Assembly (NCBI GenBank): GCA_012798755.1 | Contig: JAAZMP010000022.1 | Coordinates: 2,047 to 66,046, forward strand | Length of the DNA: 64,000 nt | From: Bacillota bacterium | GTDB taxonomy: Bacteria > Bacillota > Dethiobacteria > DTU022 > UBA8154 | Direction: 5' to 3' | In this document: one piece after another, positions 28,394 to 38,189 of the stretch | Position numbering within the stretch: position 1 is the stretch's first letter | How the letters are laid out: the number at the start of each line of letters is the position of its first letter | Made by a program: the position numbers and the translations under genes | The notes under the pieces: model-generated | The model's database searches: none | Told to the model about the DNA's origin: nothing | What the model saw: only the letters and a program-made list of their open reading frames with translations

Positions 28394-29854
28394 ATGCCGG
28401 AATTATATTTGATCGGCCTGGGTAAAGGTGAGGCAAATTCGTTAAAAATACTGGAACAACCAGAATTCTCCGGGATCAGCACCTGTATATTTCACTCTGC
28501 TTCTCCACATTTAAAAGAACTGCTAAGGAAGATGGGCTTACGTGTTATCAATTTAGCGGAAGCAATTAAAAACTCCCCGGAATGCTCACTAAAAGATCTA
28601 CACAAAAAAACGGTAGGGCTTGTTTGGAATGTCTTGGAGAAAGAGGAAAAAGCCGCATTATTTCTGCCGGGAAGACCTTGGGCCGGCGAAGCAACAGTGA
28701 AAATATTATCTTCACAGATGCCAGATAAGGTGTCTTTGCATGTCATAAAAGGTAATGACATTGGAGGGCCTATTCTGGATTTTTTGGACAGAGAAATGTC
28801 CACAGATTTCTCCAGGGGTATTTCTTTCCATGATGCCCATTTCCTGGAAGATCTTTTGGATCCCCCGCGTAGCCAGCTTATTATAACGCATCCTTGCAAC
28901 AAATTTCTCATTTTCAACATCAAAAGGATTTTATCCGGGTTTTACCCACCGGAACACAATATCAATATCCTGCAGTTTGATCACAAAGGTTTGCTGACCC
29001 TGTTAAAAGTACAGCCCTTGGGGCAAATTGAAAAGGCAGGGGCCTTTAACTGCTGGACCTTTTTCCACCTTACTCCATCACCATATCATTCTTTCGGCGA
29101 TATGGCTTCGGTAATGAAACAGCTACGCACCCCGGAAGGTTGCCCCTGGGACAGGCAGCAGGATCACTTTTCCCTCAAACCGTATCTTTTGGAAGAGGCT
29201 TATGAGGTTGTGGAGGCTATCAATAGAAAAAACCCCGGCGAGCTTTGCGAAGAGCTGGGGGATCTGCTGCTGCAGGTTATTTTTCACAGTGAACTGGCCA
29301 GGGAAAAAGGGGATTTTTCCCTTTGGCAGGTGATCGATGGCCTGACCCGCAAAATATACCGGCGCCATCCCCATGTATTCGGAGATGCACAAATATCTGA
29401 CGCCACCGGGGTCAAGGTGAAATGGGAAGAAATTAAACAACAGGAAAAGGGCCGGGAAAAAACTGATCTATTTGCTACGCCGGAGGTGTTGCCCGCTCTT
29501 ATGCGCGCACAAAAAATCCAAAAAAAAGCTGCCGTTTTAGGCTTTGATTGGCCCGACATCAGCGGTGCCGCCGGGAAATTATATGAGGAAATAGAAGAGC
29601 TCCAAGCTGCGTATGCCCAAAAACACAGGGAAAAAATAGAAGAAGAGCTGGGCGACGTATTCTTTGCCCTGGTAAATATGGCCCGCTTTTTGAAAGTAGA
29701 TGCCGAAACAGCGCTCCATTCCACAATAGAAAAATTTATACGCCGCTTCCGCTACATCGAAAAACAAGTACAGCTCCGGGGCGGCGACTACTCATCTTTT
29801 ACCCTCAAAGAACTAGACAACTGGTGGCAAGAAGCCAAAAACCAAGAAAACTAA
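28394..29854 (+). CDS. YabN-like protein: N-terminal tetrapyrrole-methylase-like domain fused to tandem MazG NTP-pyrophosphohydrolase domains
   Basis: MazG signature KQLRTPEGCPWDRQQDH...EEAYEV...ELGDLLLQV and second MazG repeat (EELGDVFFALVNMARF). Confidence 0.75.
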   Translation: MPELYLIGLGKGEANSLKILEQPEFSGISTCIFHSASPHLKELLRKMGLRVINLAEAIKNSPECSLKDLHKKTVGLVWNVLEKEEKAALFLPGRPWAGEATVKILSSQMPDKVSLHVIKGNDIGGPILDFLDREMSTDFSRGISFHDAHFLEDLLDPPRSQLIITHPCNKFLIFNIKRILSGFYPPEHNINILQFDHKGLLTLLKVQPLGQIEKAGAFNCWTFFHLTPSPYHSFGDMASVMKQLRTPEGCPWDRQQDHFSLKPYLLEEAYEVVEAINRKNPGELCEELGDLLLQVIFHSELAREKGDFSLWQVIDGLTRKIYRRHPHVFGDAQISDATGVKVKWEEIKQQEKGREKTDLFATPEVLPALMRAQKIQKKAAVLGFDWPDISGAAGKLYEEIEELQAAYAQKHREKIEEELGDVFFALVNMARFLKVDAETALHSTIEKFIRRFRYIEKQVQLRGGDYSSFTLKELDNWWQEAKNQEN

Positions 29855-29856
29855 AA

Positions 29857-29977
29857 CCTGACAGGGGGACGGTTCTCTGACAGGGGGACGGTTCTCTGAC
29901 ACGGGAGTTGAATCGAATCGACCTGACAGGGGGACGTGACAGGGGGACGGTTCTCTGACACGGGAGTTGAATCGCAA
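29857..29977. repeat. Tandem array (4 copies, one truncated) of ~22-bp motif TGACAGGGGGACGGTTCTCTGACA
   Basis: Direct reading of sequence; same family as repeats at 30372-30396, 58368-58600, 60085-60247, 62616-62640. Confidence 0.8.
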
Positions 29978-30371
29978 AAAAACCCTTTTTAAACAGTTCC
30001 TGTCGGTTAGATTACCCGCTTAATTTGGAATGATAATAACACCTTCTTTTAACAATTCCCCAACCTATCCCCATGTATATCCAATGGTGGAATCCCGCCC
30101 GGCTTTACCATGTGTGGGTAGGGATCGGCTGCAAAGACTAAAAAGTTGCGCCCCAGTGTTTTTACTGGGAATACCAAATTTGTTTTTGTTAGGCTGGTAT
30201 TTTAGGGATAAATTCTTTCTGCAGTGTTAGACTAGAACTGAACGTGCTGCAAGTGTGGCACTGCTTGCCACTTCATTTTCATTTTATGATTTTCATATTG
30301 GCAGGATCCTTCAGGCTGTTCCTGAAAAATGGCGGGGAAAAGCTCTCTTCATCTCCTTATTAGAATTATCC

Positions 30372-30396
30372 GTGTCAGAGAACCGTCCCCTTGTCA
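30372..30396. repeat. Inverted solo copy of the same motif (TGTCAGAGAACCGTCCCCTTGTCA)
   Basis: Reverse complement equals TGACAAGGGGACGGTTCTCTGACA; together with 29857-29977 bounds a ~540-bp noncoding segment. Confidence 0.75.
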
Positions 30397-30467
30397 TGTT
30401 TTGTGATTTTGCTTGGCATCTGGTACGTTGTTTTAAGCACTTAATTTTGCCAAAAGGGGTAATGTAA

Positions 30468-31496
30468 ATGTTTGGTAACCGGGGTTTGATTGGAAAATTT
30501 TGTTCTTTTGTTGTTATTTTCTTTTTGATTGTGGTGGCGGCAGTGCCCATGCCTGGGTGTCAAACGGGGTTTTTCCAACCTGCCGAACCTTTCTATCGCA
30601 GTAGTCCAAGCCCTGAATCCCGATCTGCGCCTTCTGTTCCTTCGCAGATAGAGGCGGGGGAAAGACAAGAGCCGGTTATTTCCGTGTATATTGCTGAAAA
30701 AGAAACAGTGGAAGAAATGAATATGGAGGAATACATAGCCGGGGTAGTAGCCGGAGAGATGGATCCAAAATGGCCCCTGGCGGCGCTTGCGGCGCAGGCC
30801 ATTATTGCCAGGACTTTCACTTTACAAAAAATTGATGAAGCCGGTGGGGTTCCCCATCGCGATGCACACGCTTCTACAGATGTTGAGGAATTTCAGGCAT
30901 ATAATGTAGAGGATATAACCGACAAAGTAAGGGAAGCTGTAAGGATAACAAAAGGCATAGTGGCCTGTCACAACAACAGGTACATCAGGGCTTGGTTCAG
31001 CGCATATGCCGGCCCGAAAACAGCGCAGGCCGATGAAGGTTTGGCTTTCAACAGCAACCCCTCCTATATTAAAGTGGTTGATAACCCCGGGCAGGATATA
31101 GTGCCTCCCGAAGAGGGCGAATGGTCGGCCGATTTCCCGTTGGAACAGGTGAAGGACATTGTGACGCGGGCGACAGGAAAGGATCCGGGTCCCATAAAGG
31201 AGGTCAAAATTGCTGAATACGGCCCCTCCGGACGCGCCGCCTACTTTACGGTAAACAACCGGAAAATCTCCGGAACAGCTTTGCGGCTGGGGCTTGGCAG
31301 CACAGAAATGCGTTCGACATTTGTTAAAGACATAAGCATCGACGGTGATATGCTGCATATGTCGGGGGTCGGTTACGGGCATGGCGTGGGAATGTGCCAG
31401 TGGGGTGCTCGTGCTTTGGCCGAAAAAGGGAACTCCCCGGAGGAAATCATCAATTATTTTTTCGAAGATATTGATGTTATGTCGCTATGGGAATAG
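30468..31496 (+). CDS. SpoIID/LytB-domain protein (stage II sporulation protein D-like lytic transglycosylase)
   Basis: Signal/TM N-terminus; conserved SpoIID blocks AQAIIARTF...AWFSAYAGPKT...GHGVGMCQWGA. Confidence 0.7.
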   Translation: MFGNRGLIGKFCSFVVIFFLIVVAAVPMPGCQTGFFQPAEPFYRSSPSPESRSAPSVPSQIEAGERQEPVISVYIAEKETVEEMNMEEYIAGVVAGEMDPKWPLAALAAQAIIARTFTLQKIDEAGGVPHRDAHASTDVEEFQAYNVEDITDKVREAVRITKGIVACHNNRYIRAWFSAYAGPKTAQADEGLAFNSNPSYIKVVDNPGQDIVPPEEGEWSADFPLEQVKDIVTRATGKDPGPIKEVKIAEYGPSGRAAYFTVNNRKISGTALRLGLGSTEMRSTFVKDISIDGDMLHMSGVGYGHGVGMCQWGARALAEKGNSPEEIINYFFEDIDVMSLWE

Positions 31497-31594
31497 GCTG
31501 TCATGCTATACCCCTGTCTTACTTCACCCGCAGGTTTTCCCGTGGCATATTTAAGATCTCTCCCCAATATAATGGTAAGAAAGGGGAGGATATC

Positions 31595-31897
31595 ATGGAT
31601 GAAAACAAATACATTACCCGGCAGCAGGAGCGTCATAGGCTGGTAGTAGACAACAGGGAAAAAATTGAAGTTTCTGGGGTAACAAACGTTGATAGCTTCG
31701 ATGATCAGGAGATAATTTTGGAAACAGAACAGGGTCTTTTAGCGATGCGGGGAGAAAATTTGCATATTAAACATTTGAACCTGGAACAAGGGGAACTGAA
31801 TATTGAGGGTTTTCTATTGGAATTTGCTTATTCAGAGGAAAGAGGCTCACGGCTGAGGGATCGGGGTAAAGGCTTCTTCGAACGTCTTTTTAAATAA
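31595..31897 (+). CDS. yabP: Sporulation protein YabP
   Basis: 100-aa protein, RLVVDNREKIEVSGVTNVDSFDDQEIILET pattern; RBS AAAGGGGAGGA; followed by yabQ/divIC/yabR as in Bacilli. Confidence 0.7.
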   Translation: MDENKYITRQQERHRLVVDNREKIEVSGVTNVDSFDDQEIILETEQGLLAMRGENLHIKHLNLEQGELNIEGFLLEFAYSEERGSRLRDRGKGFFERLFK

Positions 31898-32346
31898 TGG
31901 ATGCTGCAACTATTGAACAGCAATTTGTCGTTTTGTTATTTTTAGGTGCCGCCGGGGTAGCAGTCGGGGCGGTTTTTGATTTTTCCAAGGCCGGAGGCGC
32001 AGTATTTCATATTTCCAGGAGAATGCTCTTCTTTGCAGATCTTTTTACCTGTTTAGTAGCAGCTTTAGCAATATTCCAACTTCTTTTTCTGACTAACTGG
32101 GGAGAAGTAAGGCTTTACGTTTTTTTGGCGCTATCCTTGGGCCTTATTCTTTATTATGCTTTTTTAAGTCGTCATTTATATCGTTCATTTTTGTCCTTTT
32201 TCCAGGGCATAATGTATATAATTTTAAAAATTTTAAAAACAAGGATGTTTATGCAGGATTATTTAAACAAACAGAGAATACATTATAAACGGTTCATTAA
32301 TCGCTTGAAGGAATTTTCTAAGAGGGAAAACCGGCATGACCGCTAA
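31897..32346 (+). CDS. yabQ: Spore cortex biosynthesis membrane protein YabQ-like
   Basis: Small 3-4 TM protein in conserved position after yabP; start overlaps yabP stop. Confidence 0.5.
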   Translation: MDAATIEQQFVVLLFLGAAGVAVGAVFDFSKAGGAVFHISRRMLFFADLFTCLVAALAIFQLLFLTNWGEVRLYVFLALSLGLILYYAFLSRHLYRSFLSFFQGIMYIILKILKTRMFMQDYLNKQRIHYKRFINRLKEFSKRENRHDR

Positions 32347-32638
32347 AATTGTAAAGTACCCCCGTCGAAAAAATCTAACCAGGAAACTTATTATAGCAGT
32401 TATTATAATTTGTATCCTTGTTTCCTTCTGTCTTTTAATAAGACAAACTATCCGTTACCTGCATGTTAAAGCCGACATACAAGCTTTGGAGTCGGAAATA
32501 GAGATGATGAAATCAGAGAATGAACACCTGGAAAAGGAAATTATACTCTTACAGGACAAGGAGTATTTAGAAATAAAAGCGCGAAAACACTTGGGTATGG
32601 TCCGCCCCGGCGAAATAATTTTTTTTGTAGGTGATTGA
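32336..32638 (+). CDS. divIC: Septum formation initiator (DivIC/FtsB family)
   Basis: Single TM then coiled coil (LESEIEMMKSENEHLEKEIILLQDKEYLEIKARKHLGMVRPGEIIFF). Confidence 0.6.
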   Translation: MTAKIVKYPRRKNLTRKLIIAVIIICILVSFCLLIRQTIRYLHVKADIQALESEIEMMKSENEHLEKEIILLQDKEYLEIKARKHLGMVRPGEIIFFVGD

Positions 32639-32732
32639 GGCAAAAAGTTCAGAACTCTTGACAATTTACTGTAAGAAGGTATAATCTAGCGTAGAAATAT
32701 TTATATTTTGATAAGGAGGATTTTTTCTTCAT

Positions 32733-33170
32733 ATGTCGTCCATAGAAGTTGGAAAAATTGTGGAAGGGGTGGTAACGGGCATAACAAATTTCGGAGCGTT
32801 CATCTTACTACCCAACGGAGAAACGGGCTTGGTCCATATCTCCGAAGTAGCCGATACCTATGTAAAGGATATCAATGACTATTACCAAAGGAAAGACAAG
32901 GTCAAGGTAAAAGTTCTTTCTATAAACGGGGATGGAAAGATTGGACTTTCGATCAAGCGCGCACTGCCGGGAAAAAAGGAAAAAGATTCCTCGCACAGAG
33001 CTACCTACCGCAGAGGCACCCGTTCTTCCAAAGGGGCCGACATGTCCTTCGAGGACAAACTGGCCAAGTTTTTAAAAGACAGCGATGAAAAGCAGCAGGA
33101 CCTAAAACGTAATTTTGAATCCAAAAGAGGGAGAGGGTCATTGCGGCAGGGTTTTGCCAGGGACTTATAA
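32733..33170 (+). CDS. yabR: S1 RNA-binding domain protein YabR-like
   Basis: S1 motif GKIVEGVVTGITNFGAFILLPNGETGLVHISEVA. Confidence 0.7.
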   Translation: MSSIEVGKIVEGVVTGITNFGAFILLPNGETGLVHISEVADTYVKDINDYYQRKDKVKVKVLSINGDGKIGLSIKRALPGKKEKDSSHRATYRRGTRSSKGADMSFEDKLAKFLKDSDEKQQDLKRNFESKRGRGSLRQGFARDL

Positions 33171-33256
33171 ATATAGATCATACATTATAGAGTAAAACAG
33201 TCACCTAGAGCGGATCAGCAAAAACGCTGAACTTTAATAATCTATATTTGGTATGG

Positions 33257-33281
33257 AAGGCGCCGGAAGGCGCTTTTTTTA
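33257..33281 (+). terminator. Intrinsic terminator after yabR
   Basis: GGCGCCggaaGGCGC + T7. Confidence 0.5.
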
Positions 33282-33621
33282 TATTTTGGTAACCGGCCGA
33301 CCATGCACAAAGCCGCCATGTTGGTAATCGCAGCTGTCATTTTGGATACAGTTTTGCTCGAATGACAATGCTACAAAAAAATTATATCTTATTTGATCGA
33401 CAAGATAACATAAAGAATTCGGATATTAATTGTGAAAATAATCTGATTTCGTACATGCTTTACTTGAAGATAAGGAGATAGGGCTTTTTTTTGTCACAAT
33501 AATTGTTTTTAACAAGTCTTCTAAACCTTCCTCTTCTGACAGACTTTACCTGCAGCGACAGCTATAATAACGTTACGGCTTGTCCTTTTAAGCAGGAAGA
33601 GAACTGAAGCAGAAAGGGGTA

Positions 33622-35799
33622 ATGCACTTGTGGAAAAGCAACCCGGGGTTCCGGTTTCCCTGGCAAATGGAAAAAACCGGATTTAAAAAATTTCCTCAAG
33701 CTTTTAGGAAAAAGGTTTCCAAAGTAAAATTCAATTTTGAGGTGCTGCTCTGGCTCATAGCTTCTTTTTTTATCAGCCGTGCCTCCATTATGGGAGAGAT
33801 AACGCCCTTTGCCTTTATTTTTTGGGCACAGGCCTTCAGCCGGCGGCCGGGCAAAAGGCTGCCGGTAACATTGGCTGTACTTAGTGGGTGGGCCCTTTCT
33901 TCCGCCGGCATTTTCCCACCCTGGTTTTTGCCGGCAGCCATGCTGTTATGGCTTACCCTGGATTTCCTGGCCGGGAAAATATTTAAAAAGAAAATTGCCC
34001 TTTCTTTTACCCTACCGTTGACAATTATAATATTGCGCTTGCCCTTGCTTCATTGGTTTCATTTCACGGTTTATGAAGCTTTTGCCGTAGGGCTGGAGGT
34101 GGCCCTGGCCATTCTTTTGCCGCCGCTTTTACAGCCATTTTTGGAAGAACTGAAAACCGAAGATAAAAGCAGGCTTTCCCCGGAGGCCATTGTTGGGGGC
34201 AGCCTGCTTTTTTCGCTTATTTTTTTAGGGATGAGCGATCTTGTCATTATGGGCAGTATTAAACTTATAAATGTTGTCGCTCCTTTGCTTATTTTGGTAG
34301 GGGCTTTTCTCTGGGGACCTGTTGTAGGGGTTGTAGCAGGTATCGTTTTGGGTTTGTTCCTGAGTTTTGGCAACCCGGCCTTGTTTCCTTATATCGGAGC
34401 ACTGGGTACTGCAGGGTTGACGGCGGGATTGCTGCGCCCTTACCACCGCTTGTGGATAGCCACGGGGTACTTTTGTATTTTGCGTTTTCTGGCTTATTAT
34501 AGTTTTGAAGGGGGCTATATTTTAACCCATATATGGGAAGATTTTATTGTAGTGCTTATTTTTTTGTTAGTGCCCCTTGCTGTTTGGGAAAGGCTTATGG
34601 ATTCCAAATTTTCCTGGCCGTTCAAGGTTGAAGATGAAGAAAAACTAAAGTATGCCGTGGCGAAACACATCAAAAACTTCGCCGCTGTTTTTCAAGAGTT
34701 GGCGACTACTTTCCGGCCTTTGCTGCAGGTGGAAGAGGTGCGCTCCAAAAGTGATTTTTCGCCCCTGATAGAGAATTTCGTTCAGAAGGTATGTGCATCT
34801 TGCAAGTTTCAGGAACGCTGTTGGCAAAGTGATCTGGCCAATCAATACCGCAGAGTGCTGGCCATGCTTTCCGCAGCGGAGGAAAACGATAAATTTTCGG
34901 AAAGGTTTATTCCTGTCAAATTGAGAAGATATTGCCCCCGGCAGAAGGAAATGGTAAAAGCAGTAAACCACATGAGGGAAATTTATCGCCTTAATTGTTA
35001 CTGGCAGGAAAAAATGTACGAAAACCGCCTGCTTGTTTCCGGCCAGTTGGAAGGGGTTTCTTCAATCATGCAAAAGCTGGCAAAGGAACTAAAACTGGAA
35101 GCAGTGGAAAAACGAAAACATACTGAAAACGAAAGCATCCGCTTTGCGGCAGAGATCGGTGTTGCCCAGGTTGCGAAAGACGGCCAGACGGTAACGGGAG
35201 ATAGCTATGCCGTGCTTCCTTTGAAGGACGGGAAACAGGCTATCATAATAAGCGACGGTATGGGCAGCGGTAAAAAGGCGCGTCTGTCCAGCCTGTCCAC
35301 GGTTAAACTGATGAAACATTTGTTGGAGATAGGGTTTCGTCGTGAAATGATCATCAGCACTCTAAATACACTGTTATGCCTGGGGTACCCCTCAGAAAGG
35401 TTCTCTACCCTTGACCTGGCTTTTCTTAATCTGCACTCCGGAGAAATAGAACTATATAAGCTTGGGGCACCGCCCAGCTTTTTGAAAAAAGGGGAAATGA
35501 TCCGGACTGTTGGTTCTGTTTCGTTGCCCGTGGGCATACTGGAGGATATTTCCCCGGCCAAAGAATGTTTGGAAGTTCCCGACGGCGGTGTTTTGGTTAT
35601 GGTTACAGATGGCCTGGTAGATGCCCGGCAGGAAAACGATGAAAACTGGATTGTAGGCGCCCTGCAGGAAATACCCCATGACCATCCGCAGGTTATCGCC
35701 GACCGCCTAATCGAAGAGGCTTGTTATCGTTGGCCCCGGGGGGTTCAGGATGACTTAACGGTCCTGGTAAGCCGCCTGAAGCCTTTGTTTGGGAAATAA
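33622..35799 (+). CDS. spoIIE: Stage II sporulation protein E (polytopic membrane domain + PP2C serine phosphatase)
   Basis: 10 TM N-domain; C-terminal PP2C motifs GDSYAVLPL...IIISDGMGSG...MVTDGLVD; position before tilS-hpt-ftsH as in B. subtilis. Confidence 0.85.
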   Translation: MHLWKSNPGFRFPWQMEKTGFKKFPQAFRKKVSKVKFNFEVLLWLIASFFISRASIMGEITPFAFIFWAQAFSRRPGKRLPVTLAVLSGWALSSAGIFPPWFLPAAMLLWLTLDFLAGKIFKKKIALSFTLPLTIIILRLPLLHWFHFTVYEAFAVGLEVALAILLPPLLQPFLEELKTEDKSRLSPEAIVGGSLLFSLIFLGMSDLVIMGSIKLINVVAPLLILVGAFLWGPVVGVVAGIVLGLFLSFGNPALFPYIGALGTAGLTAGLLRPYHRLWIATGYFCILRFLAYYSFEGGYILTHIWEDFIVVLIFLLVPLAVWERLMDSKFSWPFKVEDEEKLKYAVAKHIKNFAAVFQELATTFRPLLQVEEVRSKSDFSPLIENFVQKVCASCKFQERCWQSDLANQYRRVLAMLSAAEENDKFSERFIPVKLRRYCPRQKEMVKAVNHMREIYRLNCYWQEKMYENRLLVSGQLEGVSSIMQKLAKELKLEAVEKRKHTENESIRFAAEIGVAQVAKDGQTVTGDSYAVLPLKDGKQAIIISDGMGSGKKARLSSLSTVKLMKHLLEIGFRREMIISTLNTLLCLGYPSERFSTLDLAFLNLHSGEIELYKLGAPPSFLKKGEMIRTVGSVSLPVGILEDISPAKECLEVPDGGVLVMVTDGLVDARQENDENWIVGALQEIPHDHPQVIADRLIEEACYRWPRGVQDDLTVLVSRLKPLFGK

Positions 35800-36008
35800 A
35801 TCTTTGAAGCAAGCTGTAACAATTTTTTTAGGAAGAAGGAATTTCTTCTTGCGGTCAAGAAACCTTGTACGTCAGAGGTGTCAGGTGCTAACGCCGGGGG
35901 TGAGTTTAACAACGTGGCGGCTTTGCGCATAACCGGATGGTTACAAAAAATTGCCTTTGGCAATGAAATTTATCGTGATTGTTGGCAGGAGGCTAGTTTT
36001 TTTCCGTA

Positions 36009-37511
36009 ATGTATGATCTGCAGGAACGAATAAAGAAAACCATTTTTGAGGAACAACTGATAAACGATGGTGATCGGATAATTGCTGCTGTTTCAGGGGG
36101 GGCGGACTCCCTTTCTTTATTATATATCCTAAATGAAATAAGACAGGAAAAGTCCATATCTTTTTCCCTCCACGTTGCCCATCTCAACCACGGCTTAAGA
36201 GGCAAACAAGCCCGCGGTGATGCCGAATACGTCCGGCAGGAAGCCGAAAAAGCGGGACTGCCCTGTACAGTTGGCATAGCTGATACTATCGCTTTCGGCA
36301 GGCGGCATAAGCTTTCGATTGAAGATGCCGCCAGGCGATTGCGTTACAGATTTTTGGAACAGTTGTCTTTAAGAATAGGCGCAACCGGTATAGCCGTGGG
36401 CCACAACCGCGATGATCAAGCCGAAACCCTTCTTCTTAACCTACTGCGGGGGACGGGCTTGGATGGGCTTTCTGGTATGAAATTTAAAAGGAAGATGAAA
36501 ACGGGAACCCATACTTTAATTAGGCCCCTGCTGGGAATCAGCAGGAGCGATATCGAAAAATATTGCCGTCATAAGAAACTTTCACCGCGCCTTGATGCAA
36601 CCAACCGGGACACCCGTTTTTTGCGCAATAAAATACGTTTGGAACTGCTGCCTTTTCTGGAAAAAGAGTACAACCCCAACATACGCAAAGGCCTGGAGCA
36701 GCTCTCTTACCTTTTGACCCAGGACAGGAATTTTTTGCAGGGCGCCGCTTTGCGCCGCTTAAACCGGATTATCCTCAAAGAAGAAGCGGCGTCACACTTG
36801 GAATTGGATTTAAAAACGTTGGTGGATGAACATGCCGCCATGCAGGGGAGGATTTTACGTCTGGCTTTTCAGAGGTTGCTGGGGGCAATCCCGCGCGAAG
36901 TCGGCTACAGGCACATCCAGGCAGTTTTAAAACTTTGCCGTGAAGGCCCGCCGCACGGAACCCTTGATCTTCCTTCAGGCCTTAAAATAGCAAGGAGTTA
37001 CAATACACTGGAAATAGTTTGCGGAAAAAGCACCAAGCATTCCCGAACGGAGGATTTGAGTCCCTTTTATCTTGCGGTTCCCGGGGAAAAAGCTATTCCC
37101 GGCCACAACTTTTTTTTACAGGCGGCGGTACTCTCCCCGGAGAGTCTTTCCTGGCCGCCGGAACAGCAAAGAGAAGCTTATTTAGATTATGATCAAGCGG
37201 CTAAATTGGCCGGGGCAGCCAATGTTGCCCCCGGCATCGTTACTTCCGGTAGCAACAAGGATTCCTTGCTGCTTTTTGTCAGGCCGCGGCGTGAAGGCGA
37301 TCTTTTTTATCCTTTGGGAGCGCCCGGAAGAAAAAAACTTAAAGAATATTTTATCGATCAGAAGATCCCTTTAAAAAAACGGGATCAAATTCCTTTGGTT
37401 TTGGCCGGTGACCATATTATCTGGATAGCCGGCAAACAAATTTCCCATGATTGCAGGGTCACGGATGATACAAAAAAAGTTCTTGTATTGAAGCTCACGC
37501 CGGGTAGCTGA
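36009..37511 (+). CDS. tilS: tRNA(Ile)-lysidine synthetase
   Basis: PP-loop SGGADS motif (AAVSGGADSLSLLY), 500 aa with C-terminal TilS domain. Confidence 0.85.
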   Translation: MYDLQERIKKTIFEEQLINDGDRIIAAVSGGADSLSLLYILNEIRQEKSISFSLHVAHLNHGLRGKQARGDAEYVRQEAEKAGLPCTVGIADTIAFGRRHKLSIEDAARRLRYRFLEQLSLRIGATGIAVGHNRDDQAETLLLNLLRGTGLDGLSGMKFKRKMKTGTHTLIRPLLGISRSDIEKYCRHKKLSPRLDATNRDTRFLRNKIRLELLPFLEKEYNPNIRKGLEQLSYLLTQDRNFLQGAALRRLNRIILKEEAASHLELDLKTLVDEHAAMQGRILRLAFQRLLGAIPREVGYRHIQAVLKLCREGPPHGTLDLPSGLKIARSYNTLEIVCGKSTKHSRTEDLSPFYLAVPGEKAIPGHNFFLQAAVLSPESLSWPPEQQREAYLDYDQAAKLAGAANVAPGIVTSGSNKDSLLLFVRPRREGDLFYPLGAPGRKKLKEYFIDQKIPLKKRDQIPLVLAGDHIIWIAGKQISHDCRVTDDTKKVLVLKLTPGS

Positions 37512-37571
37512 CTTTTGGCGGGGATTGGCCGGGATACATTTGAAAATATACATTATCGGAGGGATACTGAA

Positions 37572-38105
37572 ATGCTGCCAGGGAAAACGAAGGTTTTGCT
37601 TACGCGGGAACAGATTAGGAAAAAGGTGAAACATTTGGCTGCCGACATTGCCCGTGACTATGAGGGAAAAAAACCGCTGCTGATCTGCGTTTTAAAAGGA
37701 GCAGTAGTATTCTTGTCGGATCTAATGCGTAATTTATCTATTTCCGTAGAAATTGATTTTATGGCTGTTTCCAGCTACGGAAGTTCTACCGCCAGTTCCG
37801 GAGTAGTGCGTATTTTAAAGGACCTGGAAGCAAGCATCGAACAAAAAGATGTAATTATTATCGAAGACATAGTTGACACCGGGTTGACGCTCAGCTATTT
37901 GCGCGAAAACCTTCTTTCCCGCAACCCCGGATCTCTTAAAATAGCATCTCTTTTGGATAAGCCGGAACGCCGGGTGGCGGACGTGGAGCCGGACTATTGC
38001 GGATTTCGTATTCCCGATGAATTCGTAGTTGGATACGGACTGGATTACGATGAAAAGTACCGAAATTTACCCGATCTATGTATTTTGCTTGAGTTTGGCA
38101 AATAA
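37572..38105 (+). CDS. hpt: Hypoxanthine-guanine phosphoribosyltransferase
   Basis: PRTase motif VIIIEDIVDTGLTL; start at internal ATG with GGAGGGA RBS. Confidence 0.8.
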   Translation: MLPGKTKVLLTREQIRKKVKHLAADIARDYEGKKPLLICVLKGAVVFLSDLMRNLSISVEIDFMAVSSYGSSTASSGVVRILKDLEASIEQKDVIIIEDIVDTGLTLSYLRENLLSRNPGSLKIASLLDKPERRVADVEPDYCGFRIPDEFVVGYGLDYDEKYRNLPDLCILLEFGK

Positions 38106-38189
38106 ATATGATAAAATGCTTTAATATACTAAGCGCTATTTTAGCGTTATTCTTAAGCGTTTAATCTGCAGGGGAGGAGGTCATGCACT

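Noticed and set aside
29857-29977. Possible CRISPR array (short repeats with intervening sequence)
   Set aside because: Repeat units are irregularly spaced, some directly abut, intervening segments are partly repeated (GGGAGTTGAATCG occurs twice), the motif occurs in both orientations at the other loci, and no cas genes are nearby. It behaves as a dispersed palindromic repeat family, not CRISPR.
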